Assembly (NCBI GenBank): GCA_032654565.1
Contig: JAULAX010000017.1
Span: 32,001-96,000 of the forward strand
DNA from: Anaeromyxobacteraceae bacterium
Lineage (GTDB): Bacteria > Myxococcota > Myxococcia > Myxococcales > Anaeromyxobacteraceae
DNA: 64,000 bases
Reading direction: 5' to 3'
Within the stretch, counting starts at the first letter, position 1. The number at the start of each line of letters is the position of its first letter. Below are positions 21,706 to 31,719 of this stretch, piece after piece. A model generated the notes under the pieces. It ran no database searches. It was given only the letters and a program-made list of their open reading frames with translations, and was not told where the DNA came from. The position numbers and the translations under genes were made by a program.

Positions 21706-24069
21706 TCAGACCCCCTGCGCCAGGTTGGCCTGTTCCTGCGGCGACAGGCCGGCGGTCTGCGCCGCCATCTGCCGCTCGCGCTCGAGGTTGCGCTCGAGCT
21801 GGTTCTTGCCCGACAGGTACTGCACCGGCCAGTCGGCGCCCACGCCGCTGGTGTGACCGATCTTCGCGGCTTCGAGCAGCGTCCAGGCCGGGTTGGCCAG
21901 GTGCGGGCGGGCGATGGCGCACAGGTCGGCGCGGCCGGCGGCGATGATGCTGTTGACGTGGTCGGCCTCGCTGATCGCACCCACCGCCATGGTGGCGATT
22001 TCCACCTCGTTGCGGATCAGGTCGGCGAACGGCGTCTGATACATGCGGCCGTAGACCGGCTGCTGCTGCCGGCTCACCTGGCCGGACGACACGTCGATCA
22101 GGTCAGCACCGGCTGCCTTGAAGGCCCGCGCGATCTCCACCGCATCGGCCGGCGTGTTGCCGCCGGGCACCCAGTCGTGCGCGGAGATGCGCACCGACAT
22201 CGGCTTGTCATGCGGCCAGACGGCGCGCATCGCGGCGAACACCTCCAGCGGCCAGCGCAGGCGATTGGCCAGCGAGCCGCCGTAGTCGTCGTCGCGCTGG
22301 TTGGTCAGCGGCGACAGGAAGGCCGAGAGCAGGTAGCCGTGCGCGCAGTGCAGTTCCAGCCAGTCGAAGCCGGCGGCGATGGCGCGTTTCGTCGAAGCGA
22401 CGAAGTCGTCGCGGATGCGGTCCATGTCGGCACGTGTCATCGCCCGCGACCAGGCGCTGACGCCGTCGAGGTACTGCTGCGGCGAGGCCGAGACCAGCGG
22501 CCAGTTGTGCTCTTTGGCGTCATCAGCCAGCGGCTGGTCCTCGCCCTCCCAGGGCACACGCGTCGAACCCTTGGCACCGGCGTGGCCGAGCTGCATGGCG
22601 ATCTTCGCGCTCGTGTGGCCATGCACGAAGTCGACGATGCGCTTCCAGGCCACGATCTGCTCGTCGTTCCACAGGCCCGGGCAACCCGGTGTGATGCGGG
22701 CATCCGGCGTCGGGCAGCTCATCTCGGCAAACACCAGTCCGGCACCACCCATCGCCCGCGCACCCAGGTGCACCAGGTGATGGTCGCCCGGCACGCCGTG
22801 CACGGCGCTGTACTGCGCCATCGGCGAGACGACGACGCGGTTCTTCAGCGTGAGGCCGCGCAACTTGAAGGGCGTGAACATCGGCGGCAGCGGCTGCGGG
22901 TTCAGGCCCGCCTGGCCGGCCAGCCAGCCCTCGAGCTGGCCGACGTAGCCCGCGTCACGCAGCCGCAGGTTCTCGTGCGAGATGCGCTGCGAGCGTGTCA
23001 GCAGCGCATAGGCGAACTGCTCGGGCTCCAGCTTGGCATGGCGCTCGACGTTCTCGAACCACTCGGTGGAGTTGCGTGCCGCGTTCTGGATCTTCAGCAC
23101 CTCGACGCCGCGCTTGGCCTCGTACTCCGCCAGCGCCGTGCTCAGGTCGCCCGGGTGCGCGGCAATGCGGCTCGCCAGGTCGATGGCGTCTTCCAGCGCC
23201 AGCTTGGTGCCCGAGCCGATGGAGAAATGCGCGGTGTGCGCCGCGTCGCCCATCAGCACGACGGGAGCGCGACCGTTGTGATGCACCCAGCGCCGGCACA
23301 CCACGCGCGGGAAGCGGATCCATTGTGCCGAGCCGCGCAGGTGCGCCGCGTTGCTGATCAACGCATGGCCGTCGAGGTACTTCGCGAACAGCTTCTCGCA
23401 GAAGTTGATGCCCTCTTCCTTGCTCATGTCCTCCAGCCCGGCGGCACGCCAGACCTCTTCGGGCGCCTCGACGATGAAGGTCGAGGTGGTGTCGTCGAAG
23501 CGGTAGGCGTGGGCCTGGAACCAGCCCCACTCGGTGTTCTCGAAGGCGAAGGTGAAGGCGTCGAACAGCTTCTTCGTGCCCAGCCAGACGAAGCGGCAGC
23601 GGCGCAGGTCGATGTCGGGCTGGTAGGTGGCGGAATACTTGCTGCGGATGCGGCTGTTCAGGCCGTCGGCGGCGATGATCAGGTCGGCGGCTATGTCGGC
23701 GTCGTCCGGGCAGTCGGTCGAGTAGCGCATCTGCACGCCGAGCTCGGCGCAGCGGTCCTGCAGGATGTTGAGCAGGCGCTTGCGGCCGATGCCGCAGAAG
23801 CCGTGGCCCGAGGACCGCAGCGTGCGGCCCTTGAAATGCACGTCGATGTCGTCCCAGTGGTTGAAGGCGTCGAGGATCTGGCCGGCCGTCCTGGCATCGG
23901 CCTGGCGCAGCGCGCCCAGCGTCTGGTCGGAGAACACCACGCCCCAGCCGAAGGTGTCGCCGGGCGCGTTGCGCTCGATCAGCGTCACTTCGTTCGCCGG
24001 GTCCTGCTGCTTCATCAGCAGCGCGAAGTACAGGCCGGCCGGACCGCCGCCGATGCAGGTGATGCGCAT
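21706..24069 (-). CDS. abmA: 2-aminobenzoyl-CoA monooxygenase/reductase (salicylyl-CoA 5-hydroxylase/oxidoreductase family)
   Basis: N-terminal FAD monooxygenase ([22 protein letters not shown]) fused to an Old Yellow Enzyme domain ([18 protein letters not shown]). Confidence 0.9.
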   Translation of the reverse strand: MRITCIGGGPAGLYFALLMKQQDPANEVTLIERNAPGDTFGWGVVFSDQTLGALRQADARTAGQILDAFNHWDDIDVHFKGRTLRSSGHGFCGIGRKRLLNILQDRCAELGVQMRYSTDCPDDADIAADLIIAADGLNSRIRSKYSATYQPDIDLRRCRFVWLGTKKLFDAFTFAFENTEWGWFQAHAYRFDDTTSTFIVEAPEEVWRAAGLEDMSKEEGINFCEKLFAKYLDGHALISNAAHLRGSAQWIRFPRVVCRRWVHHNGRAPVVLMGDAAHTAHFSIGSGTKLALEDAIDLASRIAAHPGDLSTALAEYEAKRGVEVLKIQNAARNSTEWFENVERHAKLEPEQFAYALLTRSQRISHENLRLRDAGYVGQLEGWLAGQAGLNPQPLPPMFTPFKLRGLTLKNRVVVSPMAQYSAVHGVPGDHHLVHLGARAMGGAGLVFAEMSCPTPDARITPGCPGLWNDEQIVAWKRIVDFVHGHTSAKIAMQLGHAGAKGSTRVPWEGEDQPLADDAKEHNWPLVSASPQQYLDGVSAWSRAMTRADMDRIRDDFVASTKRAIAAGFDWLELHCAHGYLLSAFLSPLTNQRDDDYGGSLANRLRWPLEVFAAMRAVWPHDKPMSVRISAHDWVPGGNTPADAVEIARAFKAAGADLIDVSSGQVSRQQQPVYGRMYQTPFADLIRNEVEIATMAVGAISEADHVNSIIAAGRADLCAIARPHLANPAWTLLEAAKIGHTSGVGADWPVQYLSGKNQLERNLERERQMAAQTAGLSPQEQANLAQGV

Positions 24070-24145
24070 GCCAAGGGCTCCAGAAACGTTCCGTCAGACT
24101 TTAGGGTTTGATATTTGAAGTGTCAAGCAATAGAATCCCGCCATC

Positions 24146-24772
24146 ATGCTTCGACTGTGGGACATCTCGCCCGCCCTGGGCCCCGCCACGCCGCCCTTCC
24201 CCGGCGACCAGGCCTACGAGCAACGCTGGACGGCGCGCATCGGGCCGGGCTGCCCGGTGAACCTGACGGCGCTGACGCTGTCACCCCACCTGGGCGCCCA
24301 CGCCGACGCGCCGCTGCACTACGCCGACGGGGCGCCGGCCATCGGTACGGTGTCGCTGGAGCCTTACCTCGGGCCCTGCCGCGTCATCCACGCGATCGGC
24401 TGCGGCCCGCTGGTGCGGCCCGAACACCTGGCCCATGCACTGGACGACCTGCCCCCGCGCGTGCTGGTGCGCACCTGCGAGCTCGCGCCGACCGCCTGGT
24501 CGGAGGATTTCGCGGCCTATGCGCCGGAAACGATCGAACTGCTCGCCGCCCGTGGCGTGCGGCTGGTCGGCATCGACAGCCAGTCGGTCGACCCGGCGAG
24601 CAGCAAGACGCTGGACAGCCACCACCTGCTTTTGAAGCACGACCTTCGCGTGCTCGAGAACCTGGTTCTCGACGAGGTGCCCGAAGGCGACTACGAACTG
24701 ATCGCGCTGCCGCTGAAGCTGGTGCAAGCCTGTGCCAGCCCCGTGCGTGCCATCCTCAGAGATCTGACATGA
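24146..24772 (+). CDS. kynB: Kynurenine formamidase (arylformamidase)
   Basis: [11 protein letters not shown] metal motif, [14 protein letters not shown]. Confidence 0.92.
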   Translation: MLRLWDISPALGPATPPFPGDQAYEQRWTARIGPGCPVNLTALTLSPHLGAHADAPLHYADGAPAIGTVSLEPYLGPCRVIHAIGCGPLVRPEHLAHALDDLPPRVLVRTCELAPTAWSEDFAAYAPETIELLAARGVRLVGIDSQSVDPASSKTLDSHHLLLKHDLRVLENLVLDEVPEGDYELIALPLKLVQACASPVRAILRDLT

Positions 24773-26043
24773 CGACCCGACAAGAAGCCCTCGCGCTCGA
24801 CGCGCGCGACCCGCTGGCAGCCCTGCGCCAGCAGTTCAACCTTCCCGAGGGTCTGATCTACCTCGACGGCAACTCGCTGGGTGTGCTGCCGGCAGCCACG
24901 CCCGAGCGCGTCGCCGCTGCAGTGCGTGACGAATGGGGCAGCGGCTTGATCCGCAGCTGGAACAGCGCCGGCTGGGTCGACCTGCCGCAACGCATCGGCG
25001 ACAAGATCGGCCGCCTGATCGGCGCCGGCCCGGGGCAGACGCTGGCGGCCGACTCGACCTCGGTGAACCTGTTCAAGGTGCTCAGCGCCGCGCTCGCCAT
25101 CGTCAAGGCCGGCGGCGACACCCAGCGCCGCGTGATCGTCTCCGAGCGCAGCAACTTCCCCACCGACCTGTACATCGCCGAGAGCCTGGCAAGGCAGCAC
25201 GGCTTCACGCTGAAGCTGGTCGAGCCCGACGAGATCGCCGCGCAGTTCGACGGCTCGCTGGCCGTGCTGATGCTCACCCACGTCAACTACCGCACCGGCC
25301 GCATGCACGACATGGCGGCGCTGACGCGCGCCGCCCATGCCTGCGGTGCGCTGGCGCTGTGGGACCTGGCGCACTCGGCCGGCGCGGTGCCGGTGGACCT
25401 GATCGGCGCCGACGCCGACTTCGCGGTCGGCTGCGGCTACAAGTACCTCAACGGCGGCCCGGGCGCACCCGGCTTCCTTTGGGTGCACCCGCGCCAGCTC
25501 GCGCGCATGGAGCGCGACGGGCTCTGGCAGCCGCTGTCGGGCTGGTTCGGCCACGCCGCGCCCTTCGAGTTCTCGCCGCACTACCGCCCGGCCGCGGGCA
25601 TCGTGCGTTTCAGCTGTGGCACGCCGCCGGTGCTCGGCCTCACCGCGCTCGAGGTCGGCGTGGACACGCTGCTCGCCGCCGAGCCGCTGGGCGGCATGGC
25701 GGCGCTGCGCCGCAAGTCGCTGGCGCTGACCTGCCTGTTCATCACGCTGGTCGAGAAGTACTGCGGCGGCCATGGCCTGAGCGTGGTCACGCCGCGTCAG
25801 GAGAACGAGCGCGGCAGCCAGGTCAACCTGGCGCGCGCCGAAGGGGCTTACCCCATCGTGCAGGCCTTGATCGCGCGCGGCGTGATCGGTGACTTCCGCG
25901 CCCCGGACAACCTGCGCTTCGGCTTCACGCCGCTGTACACGCGTTTCGTCGATGTGTGGGACGCCGTCGAGCAGCTGCGCCAGGTGCTCGACTCCGGCGA
26001 ATGGCAAGAGGCGCGCTTCAACCAGAAGGCGGCCGTGACATGA
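24769..26043 (+). CDS. kynU: Kynureninase
   Basis: [19 protein letters not shown] lysine in [12 protein letters not shown]. Confidence 0.95.
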   Translation: MTTRQEALALDARDPLAALRQQFNLPEGLIYLDGNSLGVLPAATPERVAAAVRDEWGSGLIRSWNSAGWVDLPQRIGDKIGRLIGAGPGQTLAADSTSVNLFKVLSAALAIVKAGGDTQRRVIVSERSNFPTDLYIAESLARQHGFTLKLVEPDEIAAQFDGSLAVLMLTHVNYRTGRMHDMAALTRAAHACGALALWDLAHSAGAVPVDLIGADADFAVGCGYKYLNGGPGAPGFLWVHPRQLARMERDGLWQPLSGWFGHAAPFEFSPHYRPAAGIVRFSCGTPPVLGLTALEVGVDTLLAAEPLGGMAALRRKSLALTCLFITLVEKYCGGHGLSVVTPRQENERGSQVNLARAEGAYPIVQALIARGVIGDFRAPDNLRFGFTPLYTRFVDVWDAVEQLRQVLDSGEWQEARFNQKAAVT

Positions 26044-26906
26044 CCTGCCCTTACGCCCACGATGCGCACGACGGCGGCGAGAAGATCGTCGCCGAGGAAG
26101 GCGCCAAGCTCGACTTCAGCCGCGACATGAGCTACGGCGACTACCTGAAGCTCGATGCGGTGTTGAATGCGCAGCAGCCGCTTTCGCCCGACCACAACGA
26201 GATGCTGTTCATCGTGCAGCACCAGACCAGCGAACTGTGGATGAAGCTGATGCTGCACGAGCTGTCGGCGGCGATGGCCTGCATCGCGCGCGACGAGCTC
26301 GGCACGGCCTTCAAGATGCTGGCGCGCGTGAGCAGGATCATGGAGCAGCTGGTGCACGCCTGGGACGTGCTGGCAACGATGACGCCGCCGGAGTACTCGG
26401 CGATCCGTCCGTACCTCAGCAACAGCAGCGGCTTCCAGAGCTGGCAGTACCGATGCATCGAGTTCATGCTCGGCAACAAGAACGCCGCGATGCTCAAGCC
26501 GCACTCCCACCGGCCGGACCTGCTGGCCAAGGTCGAGGCGGCGTGGCGCGCACCCTCGCTCTACGACGAATCGTTGCGCCTGCTCGCACGCCGCGGCATC
26601 GCCGTGCCGGCCAGCCACATCGAACGGGACTGGACCCAGCCCTACCCGGCCGACGACGGCGTCGAGCAGGCCTGGCTCACCGTCTACCGCGATCCGAAGC
26701 AACACTGGGAGCTGTACCAGCTCGGCGAGGAGCTCACCGACCTGGAAGACGCCTTCCGGCTCTGGCGCTTCCGCCATGTCACCACCGTCGAGCGCGTGAT
26801 CGGCTTCAAGCGCGGCACCGGCGGCACCAGCGGCGTGGGCTACCTGCGCAAGATGCTCGACACGGTGCTGTTCCCGGAGATCTGGAAGCTGCGCACCGAT
26901 CTTTGA
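26040..26906 (+). CDS. kynA: Tryptophan 2,3-dioxygenase
   Basis: [31 protein letters not shown]. Confidence 0.95.
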   Translation: MTCPYAHDAHDGGEKIVAEEGAKLDFSRDMSYGDYLKLDAVLNAQQPLSPDHNEMLFIVQHQTSELWMKLMLHELSAAMACIARDELGTAFKMLARVSRIMEQLVHAWDVLATMTPPEYSAIRPYLSNSSGFQSWQYRCIEFMLGNKNAAMLKPHSHRPDLLAKVEAAWRAPSLYDESLRLLARRGIAVPASHIERDWTQPYPADDGVEQAWLTVYRDPKQHWELYQLGEELTDLEDAFRLWRFRHVTTVERVIGFKRGTGGTSGVGYLRKMLDTVLFPEIWKLRTDL

Positions 26907-26984
26907 CCCCCCCGAAGCGCCTCACGGCGCTCCCCCCAGGGGGCGCCGCCAGCGGACCGGCAAAGCCGGATCCGCGGCGACTGC
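26907..26984. repeat. Multi-hairpin element between convergent kynA and MCP genes
   Basis: AGCGCC-TCAC-GGCGCT; CCCCC..GGGGG; GCGGA-CCGGC-AAA-GCCGG-A-TCCGC. Confidence 0.5.
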
Positions 26985-26996
26985 TTGATCACTCGC

Positions 26997-28772
26997 TCAG
27001 AAGCTCTGCCAGTCGTCGTCGGCAACGGCTGCGGGCACGCGCGGTGTCGCGGGCACCGGCATCGGTTCGAGCTTAGACGCAGCCGGCCTGGTGGCCGTGG
27101 CCATCGGCTTCTTGAGCGGCGTCGGTGCCGTCTTGTGGGCAGGCTTCGCGACAGGGGCCGGCACGGTGGCGGACACCTTCGCACGCACCTCGCCGTGCGA
27201 CAGCTTGAACACCGCCACCGCCTGAACGAGTTGCTGCGCCTGCTGCTTCAGGCTCTCGGCCGCGGCCGCGCTCTGCTCCACCAGCGCCGCGTTCTGCTGC
27301 GTCGCCTGGTCCATCTCGCTGACCGCCTGGCCCACCTGCTGCACGCCCGTGTTCTGCTCGACGCTGGCCGAGCTGATCTCGCCGACGATGTCGCTGACGC
27401 GGCGGATCGAGGTGACGATCTCCTGCATGGTCTGGCCGGCCCGGTCGACCAGCACGGTGCCGCGCTCGACGCGTTCGACGCTCGCGCCGATCAGCGTCTT
27501 GATCTCCTTGGCCGCCTCGGCGCTGCGCTGCGCGAGGCTGCGCACCTCGCCGGCCACCACCGCGAAGCCGCGGCCCTGCTCGCCGGCCCGCGCTGCTTCC
27601 ACCGCGGCGTTCAGCGCCAGGATGTTGGTCTGGAAGGCGATGCCATCGATCACCGCGATGATGTCGGCAATCTTGCGGCTGCTGTCGTTGATGTCCTTCA
27701 TCGTCGACACCACCTGGCCGACGACCTCGCCGCCCTGCACCGCGACGGTCGAGGCGCCCAGCGCGAGCTGGTTGGCCTGCTTGGCGTTGTCGGCGTTGTT
27801 GCGCACCGTCGAGCCCAGCTCGTCCATGGTCGCCGCGGTCTGCTGCAGCGCGCTCGCCTGGTGCTCGGTGCGGCTGGACAGGTCCTGGTTGCCCTGCGCG
27901 ATCTGCGCACTGGAGATGGCCACGTTCTCCGAACCCTGGCGCACCGCGGACACCGCCTGCGCCAGGCCGCGTTGCATGGTCAGCAGCCGCGCCATCAGGC
28001 TGTCGGTGTCGCCGGCCTTCACCCGGATGAGCGTCGACAGGTCGCCCTCGGCGACGGCGCGCGCCACCTCGGCCGCCACCTGCGGCTCGCCGCCGAGCTG
28101 TGCGATGAGGCGCCGCGTGATCGCCCAGGCCAGCACGAAGCCGAGCAGCAGCGTCGCCGCGAGCAGCGCCATGATCGACGCGCGGGCCTGCTTGTAGACG
28201 GCGTCGACATGCTGGGCTGCCTGCTGACCGCCCTCGAAGTTGAACTTGTTCAACGAGTCCAGCGCCGCCACCACCTCGTCGAAGGTGGTGCTGCCCAGGC
28301 CGTCGCTGATGTCGGCGGCGTCCTGCTGCTTCTTGTCGCGGCCCAGGCCGACCACCTTCTTCTGCGCCGCCTCGTAGGCCTGCCAGCCCTTGGTCAGCTT
28401 GCCGAACAGCTCGCGCTCGGCATCGGCCTGCACCAGCGGCTCGTAGGCGCTCAGCGTGCCGACCACGGTCTTGTCGGCCGCGGCCATCTTCTCCTCGTAC
28501 TCGCTGTGGTAGCTGCGGTCGGTGGCGCGGCTGTGCTTGACCTCGAAGTCGCGCGACTCGATCAGCGCCACGCGCATCGCCGAGAGGTGGCCCACGCCCT
28601 GCAGCCATTTTTCGTTGAGCGCCATGGCCTGCGTGTCGACACGATGCAGTCCGACGATCGCCATCGCACCCATCGCGGCGGACAGCGCCAGCACGACGAA
28701 GAAGGCGAGCGAGAGTTGCTGGGCCACGCGCAGCCGCGCGAAGGCCTGGCCGAGGCGATGGGTCTTGTTCAT
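26997..28772 (-). CDS. Methyl-accepting chemotaxis protein (four-helix-bundle sensor)
   Basis: Two TM helices; [30 protein letters not shown]. Confidence 0.95.
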   Translation of the reverse strand: MNKTHRLGQAFARLRVAQQLSLAFFVVLALSAAMGAMAIVGLHRVDTQAMALNEKWLQGVGHLSAMRVALIESRDFEVKHSRATDRSYHSEYEEKMAAADKTVVGTLSAYEPLVQADAERELFGKLTKGWQAYEAAQKKVVGLGRDKKQQDAADISDGLGSTTFDEVVAALDSLNKFNFEGGQQAAQHVDAVYKQARASIMALLAATLLLGFVLAWAITRRLIAQLGGEPQVAAEVARAVAEGDLSTLIRVKAGDTDSLMARLLTMQRGLAQAVSAVRQGSENVAISSAQIAQGNQDLSSRTEHQASALQQTAATMDELGSTVRNNADNAKQANQLALGASTVAVQGGEVVGQVVSTMKDINDSSRKIADIIAVIDGIAFQTNILALNAAVEAARAGEQGRGFAVVAGEVRSLAQRSAEAAKEIKTLIGASVERVERGTVLVDRAGQTMQEIVTSIRRVSDIVGEISSASVEQNTGVQQVGQAVSEMDQATQQNAALVEQSAAAAESLKQQAQQLVQAVAVFKLSHGEVRAKVSATVPAPVAKPAHKTAPTPLKKPMATATRPAASKLEPMPVPATPRVPAAVADDDWQSF

Positions 28773-28832
28773 GGTCTGTGCTCGCAGTGAGGGGAAATCG
28801 GGCGCACGGTGCGGCACCCTGGCCGCGCTGGC

Positions 28833-29324
28833 TTACTTCTTGTGGCCGATGTAGCTCACGCCGATGATCTTGCCGCCGGCGTCCTTGATCGGGTTGTAGC
28901 AGGCGTCGAAGGCCGTTCCGAGCACGTCGATCGGGCCGCAGTAGGTCTGTCCCTTGGAGACCGCCTCGTAGGCGGCGTTGCGCGCCAGTTGCGTGCCGAT
29001 GCCGCGTTTGCCTTCCGGCGTGAGCACGTTGGTGCTGACGCGCACGAACTCGTCGCCCTGCTTCACGAACACCGTGGCGGTGGCGTTGTGCGCCTTGCGC
29101 ACGGCGTCGACGACGTCGTAGTTGTTGTTGATCTTGCGCTCGCCGAAGTACAGCGCGGGCACGTCCTTGTCGGCCACCTTCTCCGTGCCTTCGAGCTTGG
29201 GTGCGCCGATCCTGGCCAGGCGGGCGTCGAGGTCGGCAATGGTCGCTTTCGGGTCGTAGGCCTGAGCCGTGGACACGGCACCGATCGTCAGGGCGACGGC
29301 GGACAGGATGGCATTGAACTTCAT
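28833..29324 (-). CDS. Standalone periplasmic Cache (Cache 3/Cache 2 fusion-type) domain protein
   Basis: Signal peptide; TATVFVKQGDEFVRVSTNV, YNPIKDAGGKIIG. Confidence 0.8.
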   Translation of the reverse strand: MKFNAILSAVALTIGAVSTAQAYDPKATIADLDARLARIGAPKLEGTEKVADKDVPALYFGERKINNNYDVVDAVRKAHNATATVFVKQGDEFVRVSTNVLTPEGKRGIGTQLARNAAYEAVSKGQTYCGPIDVLGTAFDACYNPIKDAGGKIIGVSYIGHKK

Positions 29325-29460
29325 GGCGTTTCCCAGCGTTGAAAGGGGTTGACACAGTCCGGCCGCGGCTTTTCCACGACCCAGTGAGTCGGGTATCGGC
29401 ATCCGGCGGACTCTCTTGAGCCAGGTCAGCGCGAACAGCGCCGATACAATCGCGCCGCCC

Positions 29461-30312
29461 ATGCCGATGTCCGACCGCCTCGCCGTCCTGCCCCAGTACC
29501 TGCTGCCCCAGCAGGCCCTGACCTCGCTGGCCGGGGCCGTCGCGTCGTACCGCGGCGGCACCTGGACGACCGCGCTGATCCGGCGCTTCGTGGCGCGCTA
29601 CGGCGTCGACATGAACGAGGCCGCCGACCCGGACATCGCGCACTACGCCAGCTTCAACGAGTTCTTCACGCGCGCGCTCAGGCCGGGCGCCCGTCCGCCG
29701 GCGGCCGGCGGCTGGCTGTGCCCGGTGGACGGCGCGATCAGCCAGTTCGGCCGCATCGAGCGCGACCAGGTCTTCCAGGCCAAGGGCCACGCCTACTCGA
29801 CCACGGCGCTGGTCGGTGGCGATGCCACGCTCGCGGCGCATTTCGAGAACGGCCAGTTCGCCACGCTCTACCTCAGCCCGCGCGACTACCACCGCATCCA
29901 CATGCCCTGCGACGGGCGGCTGGTGCGCATGATCCACGTGCCCGGCGCGCTGTTCTCGGTCAACCCGACCACGGCGCGCGGCGTGCCGGGGCTGTTCGCG
30001 CGCAACGAGCGGGTGGTCTGCCACTTCGACTCACCGCACGGTCCCTTCGTGCTGGTGCTGGTGGGCGCCACCATCGTCGGCAGCATGGCCACGGTGTGGC
30101 ACGGCGTGGTCAACCCGCCGCGGCCGGGCACGCTGCGCGAATGGCAGTACCCCGACGGGCAGGTCAGCCTGAAACGCGGCGAGGAGATGGGGCGCTTCCT
30201 GCTCGGCTCCACCGTCGTGATGCTGTTCCCGCAGGACACGCTGCGCTTCAACCCGGCCTGGGCGCCGGGCGGCGCCATCCGCATGGGCGAGCAGATGGCA
30301 CAGGCCGGCTGA
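29461..30312 (+). CDS. psd: Phosphatidylserine decarboxylase proenzyme
   Basis: FNEFFTR, YLSPRDYHRIH, LGST autocleavage site. Confidence 0.93.
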   Translation: MPMSDRLAVLPQYLLPQQALTSLAGAVASYRGGTWTTALIRRFVARYGVDMNEAADPDIAHYASFNEFFTRALRPGARPPAAGGWLCPVDGAISQFGRIERDQVFQAKGHAYSTTALVGGDATLAAHFENGQFATLYLSPRDYHRIHMPCDGRLVRMIHVPGALFSVNPTTARGVPGLFARNERVVCHFDSPHGPFVLVLVGATIVGSMATVWHGVVNPPRPGTLREWQYPDGQVSLKRGEEMGRFLLGSTVVMLFPQDTLRFNPAWAPGGAIRMGEQMAQAG

Positions 30313-30348
30313 GGCCGGATGATCCGACACCCCGGGAGGTGGGGCGCG

Positions 30349-31065
30349 ATGTCGCTGGCGGAACTCGCCTCGTGGGTGGGTGGCAAGGCCTCGGTCTTCG
30401 TCGCTGCCGCGCTGTCGTCGCCCGAGCAGGTGCTGGCCACGCTGGCGGCCGCCATCGGCATCGCCCTCGTCATCGCCGGTGCGTTCGTGCGCACCATGCT
30501 GCCGCTGCGCTGGCTGGCAGCGGGCAGCAATGGCGCGCTGGTGATCTTCGGCGCGCTGCACCCCTCGATGATCACGCTGCTCATTGCCGGGCTGCTGCTG
30601 CCGGTCAACATCTACCGCGCCGTCGAGGTGACCCGGCTGACGCGGCGCGTGGTGCGCGCGCAGGCCGATGCCGACCTCGCCGGGCTGTGGCTCAAGCCCT
30701 ACATGAAGCCGCGCCGCCTGAAGGCGGGGCAGACGCTGTTCCGCCAGGGCGAGGAGGCCAACCGCCTGTACCTGCTCGTCGACGGCGAGATGGAGCTGTC
30801 CGACATCGGCAAGCGGCTCGAGCCGGGGCGCATCTTCGGCGAGATCGCCCTCTTCTCGCCCAGCGGACTGCGCACCCACACGGCGCGCTGCCTCAGCGCC
30901 TGCAGCGTGCTGGAGATCCACGAACGCACGGTCAAGGAGTTGTACTTCCAGAACCCGGCGTTCGGCTTCCACCTGATCGAGCTGCTCGCCGGCCGGCTGA
31001 GCGCCGACATCGAGCGCGGCACCGCACGACGGCACGCGCCGGCGGCGGGCGGCGACACCGCCTGA
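30349..31065 (+). CDS. Membrane protein with a cyclic nucleotide-binding domain
   Basis: N-terminal TM helices; LFRQGEEANRLY, FGEIALF...RTHTARC; no HTH. Confidence 0.8.
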   Translation: MSLAELASWVGGKASVFVAAALSSPEQVLATLAAAIGIALVIAGAFVRTMLPLRWLAAGSNGALVIFGALHPSMITLLIAGLLLPVNIYRAVEVTRLTRRVVRAQADADLAGLWLKPYMKPRRLKAGQTLFRQGEEANRLYLLVDGEMELSDIGKRLEPGRIFGEIALFSPSGLRTHTARCLSACSVLEIHERTVKELYFQNPAFGFHLIELLAGRLSADIERGTARRHAPAAGGDTA

Positions 31066-31170
31066 GCCAGCGCAGCGAAGCGCCTGTGCAACGGCGCAGC
31101 GCAGGCGGCTCACCTCAGGCCGACGCTGGCCAGCTTCGCAGGGCCTTCGCTCTGGCCTGAGCCGACGCGA

Positions 31171-31587
31171 TCAGCGCGGCAGCAGCGCCGCGCGCATCGC
31201 CTCGACGGACTCGCGCAGCTTGGTCTTCGCCAGCGCCTTGCATTGATCCGGGGTGGCGCCGGCCTGCGAGCCGAAGGTGGTGGTGGTCTTGGACGGCTTG
31301 AACACCAGTGCCGCGCCCTGGCGCGGCATCAGCATCGCACGGGCGGTGACGACGCAGACCTTGCCGTCGTCGAAGCCGCCTTCGACCTGGGTCACGAAGC
31401 CCCACTTGGCCACCGGGTAGAGCTTCACCAGCTTGTCGGGCAGCGCATCCTTCCACACCGCCTTCGCGCTCTTCGCGTCGATCAGCGCCGCCGTGGAGTG
31501 ATCGAGCGTGAGGTAGTTCGGCGGGGCGGCGAAGGCGGTGCACGTGAGCGTGGTCAGCAGCACGGCGAGCAGGCGGCCTGAGGGCAT
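31171..31587 (-). CDS. Secreted hypothetical protein
   Basis: Signal peptide ending in AFA; two mature Cys; AAGGA RBS. Confidence 0.65.
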   Translation of the reverse strand: MPSGRLLAVLLTTLTCTAFAAPPNYLTLDHSTAALIDAKSAKAVWKDALPDKLVKLYPVAKWGFVTQVEGGFDDGKVCVVTARAMLMPRQGAALVFKPSKTTTTFGSQAGATPDQCKALAKTKLRESVEAMRAALLPR

Positions 31588-31719
31588 GGCGATCCTTCGC
31601 GGGTGGGGATTCGGAACGCTGCGATTCTGACGCCAATCACCCCGATCGCACCCGCCCGGGTTTGTACGAGTGATCGCCGCGCCGCGAGCCGGGCCGGGGC
31701 CAGCCGTTAGACTGCCGCC

